DNA of 64,000 nt from NCBI GenBank assembly GCA_029981435.1, contig JARRBB010000004.1, positions 166-64,165 on the forward strand, in the 5' to 3' direction. The translations under genes and the position numbers were made by a program. The notes under the pieces are model-generated. The model searched no databases. It was not told the origin of the DNA and was given only the letters and a program-made list of their open reading frames with translations. Position 1 is the stretch's first letter, and each line of letters starts with the position of its first letter. This DNA comes from Thermotogaceae bacterium. GTDB lineage: Bacteria > Thermotogota > Thermotogae > B21-G9 > HyVt-16. Below are positions 51,398 to 61,990 of the stretch, in pieces.

Positions 51398-52657
51398 ATG
51401 ACAGCACCGCAAAAGAGAAACTTTTGGCTTTACGCAATCGGAAGATTGGTATCTCTTATAGGAAGTGGTATACAGGCTGTGGCATTGCCTTTGTACATTC
51501 TTGATAAAACTGGTTCTGGCTCGATGATGGGAATTTTTGCTATGTTGAGTATGGTTCCTGCTTTAATGATAACCCCACTTGCCGGTGTAATCGGTGATAG
51601 ATGGGACAGAAAAAGGATCATGGTTAACCTCGATTATGCTCGTGGTCTCATAATATTAATACTTGCTTTTTTAACCCTTACAAACAAATTGAACATACCG
51701 ATACTTTTCATCACTCAAATATTTGTTTCACTCATGGATTCAATTTTTGGTTCCGCAACAGCAGCCATGCTTCCGGACCTTCTAAGTGTAGAGAAATTGA
51801 AATGGGGAAATTCAATAATGGCAACTATTCGAAGTCTTTCTGGGATAATAGGTCCTGCACTCGGTGGAATAATATACGGAATCCTTGGAATAGAGTGGGT
51901 TTTCATTATAAATGGTGTTTCCTTCATTTTATCTGCGGTAAGTGAGATGTTTATAAAATATACCGTTCCTCATGATCGGGACAAGAAGTTTAATCTGAAG
52001 ATATTTATAGAAGACACCAAAGAAGGTTTGAAGTTCATATGGGGTAAAAAAACTCTTTTATCTCTTCTGATGTTGTTCATGGTTTTGAACTTTCTTGCAA
52101 ACCCTATTTTCATAGTTGCATTGCCCTATGTTTTTAGAGAAGTAATAGGATTCAGCGCACAGCAATTTGGCTATGCCCAAACTTTCTGGACAATTGGAAC
52201 TCTTCTTGGAAGCATAATGGTAGGAACATTTCTGATCAAAATTTCAACGAGTAAACTTTTTAAAATTGGATTATTGGCCATGGTTTATATAGCCATAATT
52301 TTTTCATTCGAATTTTTTCCTGTTTTTCAGAACATTTTCGGTGGACCAACATGGGGATACTTCCTTCTAATAGCAATTTCGCTTCTAATAATGGGAATTT
52401 TCAATATGATACTCAACATACCAATAGATACCTATCTTCAAAAAATGACTCCTTCGGATATAAGGGCAAGAGTTTTTTCAGTAATAGGTTTATTAGCACA
52501 ACTTGCGGTTCCAGTGGGCTCTTTGATATTCGGATTGCTGCTTGACAGATTCCCTGCCCATTCTGTAATGATGGCTATAAGCATCCTTCTTGCTCTGATA
52601 TCAACAGCATACATACTCAGAGGACCGAAAGAAATCTTAGTCGAAGAAGAAATCTAA
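51398..52657 (+). CDS. MFS transporter.
   Basis: Twelve-TM topology and an MFS motif region (GVIGDRWDRKRIMV). 419 aa. Confidence 0.75.
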   Translation: MTAPQKRNFWLYAIGRLVSLIGSGIQAVALPLYILDKTGSGSMMGIFAMLSMVPALMITPLAGVIGDRWDRKRIMVNLDYARGLIILILAFLTLTNKLNIPILFITQIFVSLMDSIFGSATAAMLPDLLSVEKLKWGNSIMATIRSLSGIIGPALGGIIYGILGIEWVFIINGVSFILSAVSEMFIKYTVPHDRDKKFNLKIFIEDTKEGLKFIWGKKTLLSLLMLFMVLNFLANPIFIVALPYVFREVIGFSAQQFGYAQTFWTIGTLLGSIMVGTFLIKISTSKLFKIGLLAMVYIAIIFSFEFFPVFQNIFGGPTWGYFLLIAISLLIMGIFNMILNIPIDTYLQKMTPSDIRARVFSVIGLLAQLAVPVGSLIFGLLLDRFPAHSVMMAISILLALISTAYILRGPKEILVEEEI

Positions 52658-52680
52658 ACAAAAAGAACTCGAAACAAAAT

Positions 52681-52717
52681 CTTCCAAGGGTATTATGATA
52701 AATTAACCCCTTGGAAG
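52681..52717. repeat. Ten-bp perfect inverted repeat CTTCCAAGGG-N17-CCCTTGGAAG, 24 nt after the MFS stop. A stem-loop with no U-tract.
   Basis: Read directly. Followed by the GC-rich acacccccgcgg rather than T's. Confidence 0.35.
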
Positions 52718-53152
52718 ACACCCCCGCGGTTTGGCAAGATTATACTCAAAACAAAAAAATTTGTCAATTTTTGAGGTATAATTTTTTGTGATATTCTTAT
52801 ATAAAAATGTGGGATTAAGCAAGAATTAATTAAAATAGAAATTTCTTCTTATCCATTCAATTACAGTAATCCAAAAGAAAGTATTCCAAAGCTGGTAAAT
52901 ATTTTTCAGCTCGCATATAAATTGGACTGAACGGCTTTAAATCATTAACAGCCCAGTTTGAATCAGCGGATGACTGTTATATCTACACTATGTTAGAATA
53001 ATAAAGATGCTGAAAGAGCATAGATTCAAAGATTATCTTTTCATACAATTTGAAAGCAAAGTACATTATGGCGAGAGAATACTTGCAAATGTTCAGTTAT
53101 TGAAAAATTATAATTATGATCAGTTAATAAAGTCTCCGAGGAGGTCATTTAA

Positions 53153-54577
53153 GTGGAAATTTACAAACTGACTGTCGAAGAATTACTAACGCTTTTTAGA
53201 GATGGAAAATTGAAAGTTGAAGAAGTGATAAACGTTTTCAAGGAAAGAATAAATAAAATCGATGAAAATGTTAAGGCATTTATTTCTGTGTTAGAACCCG
53301 ATACACCTGAAATTGATGCAAAACTATCAGGTATTCCATACGCTCTAAAAGACAATATCCTTGCTAAGGGAACGAGAACAACTTGTGCTTCGAAAATACT
53401 TGAAAATTATTTTTCAGTCTATGATGCCACTGTCACTAAAAAACTGAAAGATTCCGGTGCTATACTTATTGGAAAAACCAATCTTGATGAATTTGCGATG
53501 GGCTCGAGCACCGAAAACTCGGCATTTTTTACCACACGAAATCCTTGGGATCTTTCGAGAATAGCTGGCGGCAGTAGTGGGGGATCTGCTGCTGCTGTTG
53601 CATGTAGAGAAGTTCCTTTTTCTCTTGGAAGCGATACAGGTGGTTCAGTTAGATTACCTGCGGCTTTCTGCGGTGTGATTGGATTCAAACCATCCTACGG
53701 TCTTGTATCAAGGTATGGTTTGGTTGCTTTTGGTTCCTCACTCGACCAAATAGGACCGATTACGCATTCTGTAAGAGACACTGCTTTAATAACCCAATTA
53801 ATATATGGTAAAGATCCAAATGACTCAACGACAGTTGATATAGAACTTGATTTTCTAAGAGACATAGAAGAAGGAATGCCCGGTATGAAATTCGCTCTTC
53901 CAAAACAATTTTTGGAAGATACTCTGGACGATGAAATCGCAAACGCTCTAAAAAAATTGATAAAAATTCTTGAAAGCAATGGTGGTAAAGTTGAGGAGGT
54001 TGATATACCTTCCTTGAAATATGTTGTAGCAGTTTATTATATAATAGCTCCCGCTGAGGCAAGCTCCAATCTTGCAAGATACGATGGAATAAAATACGGT
54101 TTGCGCAGTAAAAAAGAGGATTTAAATTCGACATACATAAGCACACGTGGTGAAGGCTTTGGAGAAGAAGTCATACGGAGAATAATGCTTGGTACTTTCA
54201 CATTAAGTGCTGCTTATTACGATGCTTACTTCGATAAAGCCCAGAAAGTCAGAACAATCATAAAGAATTCACTTAACGAAATTTTCGAAAAATACGATGC
54301 CATAATCAGTCCAACTTCACCGGTCGTTGCTCCTAAAATAGGTGAAATAAAAGATCCTTTAACGTATTATCTGATGGATTTGTACACAATACCGGCAAAT
54401 TTAGCTGGACTTCCGGCAGTGAGCATTCCAATAGATTTTCAAAATGGTCTTCCGATAGGAATCCAAATAATGGGAAAAAGGTTCGAAGACCCCAAAGTAC
54501 TTAGAATAGCCAGGAGTGTTGAAAAGGCCCTCGATATACTTGATGAAACAGGGCATTTACCAGTTCCGGAATTTTGA
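53153..54577 (+). CDS. gatA: Glutamyl-tRNA(Gln) amidotransferase subunit A.
   Basis: Amidase signature GGSSGGSAAAVA and a Ser-cisSer-Lys context. 474 aa. GTG start after GGAGG. Confidence 0.9.
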   Translation: MEIYKLTVEELLTLFRDGKLKVEEVINVFKERINKIDENVKAFISVLEPDTPEIDAKLSGIPYALKDNILAKGTRTTCASKILENYFSVYDATVTKKLKDSGAILIGKTNLDEFAMGSSTENSAFFTTRNPWDLSRIAGGSSGGSAAAVACREVPFSLGSDTGGSVRLPAAFCGVIGFKPSYGLVSRYGLVAFGSSLDQIGPITHSVRDTALITQLIYGKDPNDSTTVDIELDFLRDIEEGMPGMKFALPKQFLEDTLDDEIANALKKLIKILESNGGKVEEVDIPSLKYVVAVYYIIAPAEASSNLARYDGIKYGLRSKKEDLNSTYISTRGEGFGEEVIRRIMLGTFTLSAAYYDAYFDKAQKVRTIIKNSLNEIFEKYDAIISPTSPVVAPKIGEIKDPLTYYLMDLYTIPANLAGLPAVSIPIDFQNGLPIGIQIMGKRFEDPKVLRIARSVEKALDILDETGHLPVPEF

Positions 54578-54590
54578 TGGAGGTGCTCAA

Positions 54591-56048
54591 ATGATTGAAG
54601 ATAAATACGGTATAACCATAGGTCTGGAAATCCATGCTCAGCTTTTAACTTCTACCAAAATCTTTTGCTCCTGTGATGCGAACGTTTTTGATAGAGAACC
54701 AAACAGTTCGATATGTCCTGTGTGTACTGGCCAACCAGGTGCTCTTCCAGTTTTAAATGAAGAAGTAGTTAGAAAAGCTGTTATGGCTGCTTTGGCCCTG
54801 AATTGTAAAATCAATAGATATTCGCGATTCGATCGAAAAAATTATTTCTATCCAGATTTGCCGAAAGGATACCAAATAACCCAGTATTTCTACCCCATAG
54901 CTGAAAATGGGTATCTAAACATAAAAATAGGTGAAGGCAACAAAAAAATACGTATCAGACGATTGCATATAGAAGAAGATGCAGGTAAAATGTTGCACTC
55001 ATCTGATAACATAACTCAGGCAACTCACAGTCTTGTTGATTTGAATCGCTGTGGGATACCATTGATAGAAATCGTAACCGAACCAGACATCGAATCGCCT
55101 ATTGAAGCAAGACTTTTTATGGAAAAACTGAGAGATATTTTAAGATACATCGATGTGTGTACTGGCGATATGGAAAAGGGAGCTCTTAGATGTGATGCCA
55201 ACATATCGATATACAACAAGGAAACGCTTGAAAGAAGTTCAAGAGTTGAGGTTAAAAACATAAATTCTTTCAGATTTGTTGAAAAAGCTCTTGACTTTGA
55301 AGCCGATAGAATCAAAAAAATGATGGAAAAAGGAGAACGAGTCGAACAGGAAACAAGGGGATGGGATTTTAGCAGTAGAAGCACCGTTTCAATGCGAAGT
55401 AAAGAAGAAGAAAGTGATTATAGGTACTTCCCGGAACCTGATCTCCCACCTTTGATTGTCAGCGAAGACTATATTAACGAATTGAAAGAAAAATTGCCGG
55501 AACTCCCAGATGAAAAAATTCAAAGATTTCAAAGTGAATATAATTTACTTGAATACGACGCGACAGTTCTAAGTTCTTCAAAAAAACTCGCAGATTTCTT
55601 TGAAGACTGTGTGAGACTATACAACAATCCCAAGAGATTAAGCAACATAATAATAAATGATCTTCTTTCTTTATTGAACGAACATAATGTTGAGATTGAT
55701 GGAACTAAAATTAGGCCAGAAGCAATTGTGAAAATAGCCAAGCTAATTGACAGCTCCAAAATTTCGGCAAGTAATGCAAAATCTATTCTTGAAGAAACTT
55801 TCAAGACCGGAAAAGATCCACAGGATATTGTAAAAGAAAAAAGGCTTGAACAAATAGATGATGAGGAATTTCTGAACAAAATCATAGAAAAGGTCATACA
55901 ACAGAATTCGAAAGCTGTTGAGGATTACAGAAAAGGAAAAAAAGGTGTTGTTGGATTTCTAGTTGGCATGGTCATGCGCGAAACACGTGGTAAAGCAAAT
56001 CCAAAGGTCGTTTCTCAGATGATAGAAAGTAAATTGAACGAATCGTAA
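54591..56048 (+). CDS. gatB: Aspartyl/glutamyl-tRNA amidotransferase subunit B.
   Basis: The N-terminus from the ATG at 54591 is MIEDKYGITIGLEIHAQL, the canonical GatB start, after GGAGGTG. Carries the C-terminal GatB/YqeY domain. The ORF track's longer form overlaps gatA. Confidence 0.9.
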   Translation: MIEDKYGITIGLEIHAQLLTSTKIFCSCDANVFDREPNSSICPVCTGQPGALPVLNEEVVRKAVMAALALNCKINRYSRFDRKNYFYPDLPKGYQITQYFYPIAENGYLNIKIGEGNKKIRIRRLHIEEDAGKMLHSSDNITQATHSLVDLNRCGIPLIEIVTEPDIESPIEARLFMEKLRDILRYIDVCTGDMEKGALRCDANISIYNKETLERSSRVEVKNINSFRFVEKALDFEADRIKKMMEKGERVEQETRGWDFSSRSTVSMRSKEEESDYRYFPEPDLPPLIVSEDYINELKEKLPELPDEKIQRFQSEYNLLEYDATVLSSSKKLADFFEDCVRLYNNPKRLSNIIINDLLSLLNEHNVEIDGTKIRPEAIVKIAKLIDSSKISASNAKSILEETFKTGKDPQDIVKEKRLEQIDDEEFLNKIIEKVIQQNSKAVEDYRKGKKGVVGFLVGMVMRETRGKANPKVVSQMIESKLNES

Positions 56049-56061
56049 AAGAGGGATTGAA

Positions 56062-57237
56062 ATGGCTGTGATAACATTAAAGCAGAAGTTGAAATCCCGT
56101 ATTTTCAACGGTCATCCTTGGATATATTCGAATGAAGTAGACAGTGTAATTGAAGAACCAAAAGATGGAGAAATAGTAACGGTTCTTAACAGCTCCAGAC
56201 AATTCGTAGGAAAAGGTTTTTACAATTCAAAATCTCAGATCAGGGTTCGTTTGATTACACGTAAAAACGAAACAATAGATGCCGCCTTCTTTGAAATACG
56301 ACTCAAAGAAGCCTTAAAAAGAAGGTTTAATTATACAAAAAGACAGGCATATAGAATATCCCATGCAGAAGCTGACGGATTACCCGGTTTGGTCATAGAC
56401 AAATACGGTGATTATCTTGTTTTTCAAATAAACAGCCTTGGAATGTACAAAAACCTGCCAATCATAATAGATGCAACCACCAAACTTTTGAATCCAAAGG
56501 GAATATTTTTAAAAAATGATTCTCCATCTCTTGAAAAAGAAGGAATGGACAAGATCAAGGAATGGGTATATGGAAATGGACCCGAAATAATTGAATTTCA
56601 AATGGATGGTTTAAAAATGTATGCTGATATTTCTCAGGGACAAAAAACAGGTTTTTTTCTGGACCAGATTGAGAACTCAAAAATGCTCTCGAGTTTTTCT
56701 TACAAAAAAAGGTGTTTGGATGTGTTTTCTTATACCGGGAATTTCGCTCTTCAAATGTTAAAAGGCGGAGCTTTACAAGTTGATCTTGTCGATATATCGA
56801 AAAGAGCCCTCGAAATTTCTGAAAAAATTTTGAGAGAAAACAAATTTGGAAATTTCTTTTTGATAGAATCAAATGCTTTTGATTTTTTAAAAAAGCTTGA
56901 GCGTGGTGGCGAAAAATACGATCTGATCTCACTGGATCCGCCGCCTTTCGCGCGTTCGCGTTCAAGAATATCAAATGCACTGAAAGGCTATAAAGAAATA
57001 AATCTTAGAGCTATGAATTTGTTAAAAAATCCCGGTATCCTGGCTACTTCTTCCTGTTCTCAATCAGTAACACGAGATGAATTTGAAAAGGTCCTTTATT
57101 CAGCTGCTGCGGATACTCGAAAGAGGTTAACAATACTTCATAGAGGCGGTCAGCCAGTAGATCATCCAGTCGTCATGAACATACTGGAAAGCGATTACCT
57201 GAAATTTTACATACTGTTAGTGGAGGATTTAGATTGA
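56062..57237 (+). CDS. rlmI: RlmI/YccW-like 23S rRNA m5C methyltransferase (PUA-like N-terminus plus class I SAM methyltransferase).
   Basis: SAM-binding motif DVFSYTGNFAL and the LDPPPF catalytic motif. 391 aa. Confidence 0.75.
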   Translation: MAVITLKQKLKSRIFNGHPWIYSNEVDSVIEEPKDGEIVTVLNSSRQFVGKGFYNSKSQIRVRLITRKNETIDAAFFEIRLKEALKRRFNYTKRQAYRISHAEADGLPGLVIDKYGDYLVFQINSLGMYKNLPIIIDATTKLLNPKGIFLKNDSPSLEKEGMDKIKEWVYGNGPEIIEFQMDGLKMYADISQGQKTGFFLDQIENSKMLSSFSYKKRCLDVFSYTGNFALQMLKGGALQVDLVDISKRALEISEKILRENKFGNFFLIESNAFDFLKKLERGGEKYDLISLDPPPFARSRSRISNALKGYKEINLRAMNLLKNPGILATSSCSQSVTRDEFEKVLYSAAADTRKRLTILHRGGQPVDHPVVMNILESDYLKFYILLVEDLD

Positions 57238-58877
57238 AGGCGTTGATAGTTGATGGTTATGTTGATGAACCTGCCCTTCTTGGAGTTCCACCATATTTAT
57301 CCCCTCATCCGAGATATTGCTTTGGAGTTTTCAGATATTTCAATATAGAAGCAGATTATTTAACAATTGATCAGTTAAGAGAAAAAAATGACTGGCATTT
57401 TCTAAATAATTACGATTACCTGCTGTTAATAGCAGGTATAAGTGTTCCTGGAAGATATCTTGGTGGGACCCCAATAAATTTGTACGAAATAAATAAAATC
57501 TCAAATTTAGCTCATAGACCCGTCAAAATGATCGCAGGTCCAGTAACCAAAGGTTACTCCCTTCACGGAGGTACCAGAGCTATAAGTGCTGATTTTGAAA
57601 AATTCGAGCACGTAATATCAAAAGATCCCGAGATTTATATTTATGAGCTTCTAAGCGGTGAAAAAGTGAAAAGTAGATACGAACTGATAAGAAAAGTAAT
57701 ACCTTTTAGTGGTGAAATTGTAAAGATGCATCCTTATTTTCCTTATGTAATGTGTGAGTTAGAATTATCAAGAGGTTGTGATAAAGATATTGCCTGCACT
57801 TTTTGTACAGAACCTTTATTCTATGGCAGAGTCTCTTCAAGGGAAGTGAGAGATGTTGTAGAAGAAGTGAAGTGTTTGTATGAATCCGGAGCAAGGTACT
57901 TTAGATTTGGAAGGGCTTCTAATATCCTGTCATATGGTTCAAATTCAGAGAAACTCGTTCCAGAACCTTCAAAAATTCATGAACTTTACAGTGGTGTTCG
58001 CGAGGTTGCACCAGAATTGAAGGTACTGCATACAGATAACGCCAACCCGTGGTATCTTGTAAAGCATAAAGATAAATCCATAAAAATTCTTCAAACGATA
58101 GCAGAATACAATACTCCGGGAGATATAGTATCATTTGGTGTTGAGAGCTTTGATAAAACTGTACTCAAACTCAATAAAAACGAAGAAAATCCTGATGCAA
58201 TCATAGAAGCTGTGAAAATCGTGAATCAGATAGGTGGTAGAAGAGTTGATGGTATTCCCAAACTTTTGCCCGGTATTAATCTTCTTTTTGGGCTTCTTGG
58301 TGAAACGCCAGAAACGTACAAAATAAATTTCGATTATTTGAAGAAGATACTTGATATGGGTTTAATGCTTAGAAGAATAAATATAAGAAAAGTCATAGCA
58401 TTTCCTGGAACAAGGTATTATAAAGAAACAGGTGGTAAAATTAAATTGAACAAAAGGTTGTTTGAAAAATTCAAAAATGATGTCAGGGAAAAGATTGATT
58501 TTGAAATGCTTAAACGGGTTTTTCCATTTGGAACTTTACTCAAAGAGGTTATACTTGAAGAGAAGAAAGGTGATGTAAATTTTGGAAGGCAGATAGGTTC
58601 TTATCCAATACTCGTTGGGTTTCGAGGAAACTATCAGAAATTCCAGGTACTGGATGTGGTGGTAGTAGACCATGGTTACAGATCTATAACAGGTGTGATT
58701 TACCCTAAAAGTATTAACGATATCACCTACAAAGAGTTAATGGATATTCCAGGAATAGGTAAAGCAAGAGCGGAACTAATTCTTTTAAATAGACCTTTCA
58801 ATAACTGGGACGATTTAGCGAAAATTTTGAATGACGGTAAGATTCTTAATACCTTGAAAATTGTTCTCACACTTTAA
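57234..58877 (+). CDS. Radical-SAM-like protein with an atypical Cx5Cx2C motif, an N-terminal Rossmann/B12-binding-like domain and a C-terminal helix-hairpin-helix.
   Basis: ELSRGCDKDIACTFCTEP is Cx5Cx2C; the DNA was re-read to confirm. The C-terminal IPGIGKARAELIL is a ComEA-like HhH. 547 aa. A TTG start follows GGAGGA. Confidence 0.55.
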   Translation: MKALIVDGYVDEPALLGVPPYLSPHPRYCFGVFRYFNIEADYLTIDQLREKNDWHFLNNYDYLLLIAGISVPGRYLGGTPINLYEINKISNLAHRPVKMIAGPVTKGYSLHGGTRAISADFEKFEHVISKDPEIYIYELLSGEKVKSRYELIRKVIPFSGEIVKMHPYFPYVMCELELSRGCDKDIACTFCTEPLFYGRVSSREVRDVVEEVKCLYESGARYFRFGRASNILSYGSNSEKLVPEPSKIHELYSGVREVAPELKVLHTDNANPWYLVKHKDKSIKILQTIAEYNTPGDIVSFGVESFDKTVLKLNKNEENPDAIIEAVKIVNQIGGRRVDGIPKLLPGINLLFGLLGETPETYKINFDYLKKILDMGLMLRRINIRKVIAFPGTRYYKETGGKIKLNKRLFEKFKNDVREKIDFEMLKRVFPFGTLLKEVILEEKKGDVNFGRQIGSYPILVGFRGNYQKFQVLDVVVVDHGYRSITGVIYPKSINDITYKELMDIPGIGKARAELILLNRPFNNWDDLAKILNDGKILNTLKIVLTL

Positions 58878-58899
58878 AATCTACGAGGTGGGAGATAAA

Positions 58900-59682
58900 G
58901 TGTATTTTTTGAAGATGGTTTTAGGAAATCTAAGATTCATAATCGGTTTCATAGCTTACGTTTTTTATGGATACTTTGTGATATTTAGAATGAGAAATAA
59001 AAGAAAAAAATACGGTATTGAAGAAGCTTTGAAATACGTCGCTCCAAAGATTAAGAATTTTTCAATAAGGGCATTCAAATGGACTTTCATAGATGTGGAA
59101 GTTGAAGGTATTGAGAATATACCAAAAGGTTTCAATTTTCTCGTAGTTGCAAATCATCAAAGTTTACTTGATATTCCATTATTACTTGCAACCATAGATC
59201 CCACGCTTGCTTTTATAGCAAAAAAAGAAGTAGGAAAAATTCCAATGATAGGTACTTTTGTGAGGGAAATGGGTGGAGTTCTTCTGGATAGAACAGATAC
59301 TTCTAAAGCTGTTGTTGCATTAATAGAAGTTATGAAAGGATTGAGAGAAGGTAGAAGCTTTGTATTATTCCCTGAGGGAACAAGAAGTGAAGATGGAAAT
59401 CTTAAAGAATTCAGAAAGGGCAGCTTAAAAATTGCACTGAGAACGAAAGTGAAAATTCTACCGGTTGTCATAGATGGTACAATAAAAGTTACACCAAAAG
59501 GAAGTATTTTTATAAGACCTAAAAAAGTAAAGGTTAAAATTCTTGAACCAATTGAACCAGATAAATTTGAAAACGAGGATAATCTTCGAGAATTCCTCAT
59601 GGAAACTTTTAAAAAACAACTAACGTTAATGAGAGGAGGTGCTGTCGTTGAAAAAAGCAAGGATAAAAGCACTTCTCGTTGA
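58900..59682 (+). CDS. plsC: 1-acyl-sn-glycerol-3-phosphate acyltransferase (PlsC family).
   Basis: HX4D motif NHQSLLD and FPEGTRS. N-terminal TM helix. Start chosen at the GTG at 58900 after GAGGTGGGAG. Confidence 0.75.
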   Translation: MYFLKMVLGNLRFIIGFIAYVFYGYFVIFRMRNKRKKYGIEEALKYVAPKIKNFSIRAFKWTFIDVEVEGIENIPKGFNFLVVANHQSLLDIPLLLATIDPTLAFIAKKEVGKIPMIGTFVREMGGVLLDRTDTSKAVVALIEVMKGLREGRSFVLFPEGTRSEDGNLKEFRKGSLKIALRTKVKILPVVIDGTIKVTPKGSIFIRPKKVKVKILEPIEPDKFENEDNLREFLMETFKKQLTLMRGGAVVEKSKDKSTSR

Positions 59683-60196
59683 TAAAGAGAACAATTCTCC
59701 TGTCGTCCTGGTTGAGATAGAGGATACTACAAAAGTTATTCCGATATGGATAGGCGCTTTTGAAGCATGGGCAATGGCAATGGCAATTGAAAATGTCGAA
59801 TTTCCAAGACCTCTAACTCATGATCTTTTGATAAGTTGTGTCGAAAACCTGAACGGGAAATTTGACAGAATTGTTATTCATAGCATAAGAGATAACACAT
59901 ACTTTGCTTCGCTTTATGTTATAGACAATTCAGGTAATCAAGTTATAATAGATTCACGACCTTCCGATGCCATAGTTCTTTCATTGAAGAGGGATATTCC
60001 TCTATATGTAACAGAAGAAGTAATTTCAGAGAGCGGTATAGATCTCACTGTTGATATTCCATCAGAAAATGAAGAAGACAGAAGATTCAAGGATTTTGTA
60101 GAAAAGCTTGACATAGAACAATTAAAAGAAATAATGAAACATAAAGAACGGAAAGAAGACGAACCTGATATCAACGATCTGGAGGATGAAGAATGA
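59648..60196 (+). CDS. DUF151 bifunctional-nuclease-domain (BFN) protein.
   Basis: PVVLVEIEDTTKVIPIWIGAFEAWAMAMAI matches the BFN/DUF151 core. Start chosen at the TTG at 59648 after GAGGAGGTG. Confidence 0.65.
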   Translation: MKKARIKALLVDKENNSPVVLVEIEDTTKVIPIWIGAFEAWAMAMAIENVEFPRPLTHDLLISCVENLNGKFDRIVIHSIRDNTYFASLYVIDNSGNQVIIDSRPSDAIVLSLKRDIPLYVTEEVISESGIDLTVDIPSENEEDRRFKDFVEKLDIEQLKEIMKHKERKEDEPDINDLEDEE

Positions 60197-61098
60197 ACTT
60201 GATCTTTAAAAACATTTTTGGAAAGTTTCTTAAAGGAAAGGCAAATAAAAATTTGAATAAAAAGTTCAAGAATCTGAACTTTCCTGGTATCTCACTACGA
60301 AAAAATTCAAATGAAAATATTGGAGTTGTACAGATTAAATATAACCATCTTGAAAAGACAGAATTTGTAGATTTGATTTATTCTATCACAAGCCAGGCGT
60401 ATGAAAAAAACGCAGGAATACTGTTTTTTCCAGGTGGACTTCAGTATGTTCTTTTTCCAGCACTTAAAGAAAATCCAAGATATGTGAAATATTTTACTGA
60501 AAACCACCTTGAAGATTTTATAAAAATCTTTTCAAAGATGGCAGAAGGCTTTGGTATGAACATTTTCACTGGAGAATTTTATCTGTATGAAAACGATGAG
60601 ATAATGAAATGCGGAATGGTTTTTGACAGTTTTGGAAAGATTTCTTACTTCTATAAAAGACCTATTGAAAAATTAGAATTACCACCTATTTATGGATTCA
60701 ACAATTTTAATTTTGCTTTTTTGACTTTTGAAGAAACTTTGATGTATGAGATGTCCAAACTTTCTGTAATTAAGGGTGCTAATGTACTGGTAAATTGTTC
60801 TATAGGTAATATTTCACCTTACAGATACTGTGAATACAGGGGAATATGGTCGAGATGTCAGCAATTCAAAGTCTTTGGAATAAATGCCACGATGGTTGGA
60901 GAAACTCCTTGGGGTTATTCCGCAATTCCTTCCGGGCTTTACGGCCCCGTAGAATTCTTTAAAGATGGAATCATAGCAACGTCAACAAATCTTTCTGGAA
61001 CAGAAATAGTTGTTGGAAAATTCAGTCTTGAGAGTATAAACTTCTCAGGACTTGAATATGGTAATCTGAACAAACTCATGAAAACTCTGAAATTATGA
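60193..61098 (+). CDS. Hypothetical protein, possibly a degenerate carbon-nitrogen-hydrolase fold with catalytic residues substituted.
   Basis: 301 aa. ILFFPGG stands where CN-hydrolases have the FPE Glu. FAFLTFEE stands where they have the catalytic Cys motif. GANVLVN follows. Inference from motif resemblance only. Confidence 0.35.
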   Translation: MNLIFKNIFGKFLKGKANKNLNKKFKNLNFPGISLRKNSNENIGVVQIKYNHLEKTEFVDLIYSITSQAYEKNAGILFFPGGLQYVLFPALKENPRYVKYFTENHLEDFIKIFSKMAEGFGMNIFTGEFYLYENDEIMKCGMVFDSFGKISYFYKRPIEKLELPPIYGFNNFNFAFLTFEETLMYEMSKLSVIKGANVLVNCSIGNISPYRYCEYRGIWSRCQQFKVFGINATMVGETPWGYSAIPSGLYGPVEFFKDGIIATSTNLSGTEIVVGKFSLESINFSGLEYGNLNKLMKTLKL

Positions 61099-61112
61099 TG
61101 AGAGGTGCTGAA

Positions 61113-61973
61113 ATGATCAAAAATTTCAAAATAGGGGCACACATGCCTATATCAAAGGGCTTTGGAAAAGTACCTTACGAGACATTAGAAATAGGTGGAA
61201 ATTCCTTTCAGATATTCAATCACAGTCCACGAGTTTGGAGGAGTTCCTTACCAGATATAAAAGAGACGACCAAGTTCAGAAAATCAATGGAAGAATGTAA
61301 AATAAACTTCGACAACGCTTTTGTACATTCAGGTTATCTTGTAAACCTTGCAAGTCCAAAAGAGGAAGTCTGGAATAAATCCATAAAACTGCTAATACAA
61401 GAGATCAAAATATGTGAACTTTTAGGTCTTAAATATTTGAACGTACATCCAGGTAGTCATTTAGGTGAAGGTGAGGAATTTGGTCTGAAAAGAATAGTGG
61501 AAGCTTTAAAACTTGTTTTCAGAGAAACAGAAAGTAGTAACGTGGTAATTCTTCTCGAGAATGTTTCACCAAAAGGTGGCAATATAGGATACAAGTTCGA
61601 ACATCTGAACTATATAATGCACGCTTTTGAAAATAGAATAGCTGTAACATATGATACTTGTCATGGTTTTGATGCTGGATACGATATAACCACAGTATCA
61701 GGAATGAAGAAATTGATCGATGAAATAGAAAATACAGTTAAAATAGAAAACATAAAGATGATTCATCTCAACGACTCAAAATACCCTCTGGGTTCAGCAA
61801 AGGATAGACATGAAAATATTGGAAAAGGCTTCATTGGAATAAGCGGATTCAGGAACTTTCTTTCATTTGAAGAATTCCAGAATATTCCCTTGATTTTAGA
61901 AACACCTGGTTCAAATTCAGAACACGCAGAGGATATAAAAATACTGGAAACAGAAATACTCTGCAAACTTTAA
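61113..61973 (+). CDS. nfo: Endonuclease IV (AP endonuclease, xylose-isomerase-like TIM barrel).
   Basis: IGAH, NVHPGSH and HLNDSK metal-ligand motifs. 286 aa from the ATG at 61113 after GAGAGGTG. Confidence 0.85.
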   Translation: MIKNFKIGAHMPISKGFGKVPYETLEIGGNSFQIFNHSPRVWRSSLPDIKETTKFRKSMEECKINFDNAFVHSGYLVNLASPKEEVWNKSIKLLIQEIKICELLGLKYLNVHPGSHLGEGEEFGLKRIVEALKLVFRETESSNVVILLENVSPKGGNIGYKFEHLNYIMHAFENRIAVTYDTCHGFDAGYDITTVSGMKKLIDEIENTVKIENIKMIHLNDSKYPLGSAKDRHENIGKGFIGISGFRNFLSFEEFQNIPLILETPGSNSEHAEDIKILETEILCKL

Positions 61974-61990
61974 AAGCAGGAGAAATAAAC

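Noticed and set aside
52658-53152. Possible unannotated gatC upstream of gatA.
   Set aside because: No open frame of gatC size (about 95 aa) exists in any frame of this gap. gatC is presumably elsewhere in the genome.
57760-57800. Suspicion that the Cx5Cx2C motif was a misreading of a canonical CX3CX2C.
   Set aside because: Re-reading the DNA gives aga ggt tgt gat aaa gat att gcc tgc act ttt tgt, which is R G C D K D I A C T F C. The spacing is genuinely 5 and 2, so the atypical motif stands.
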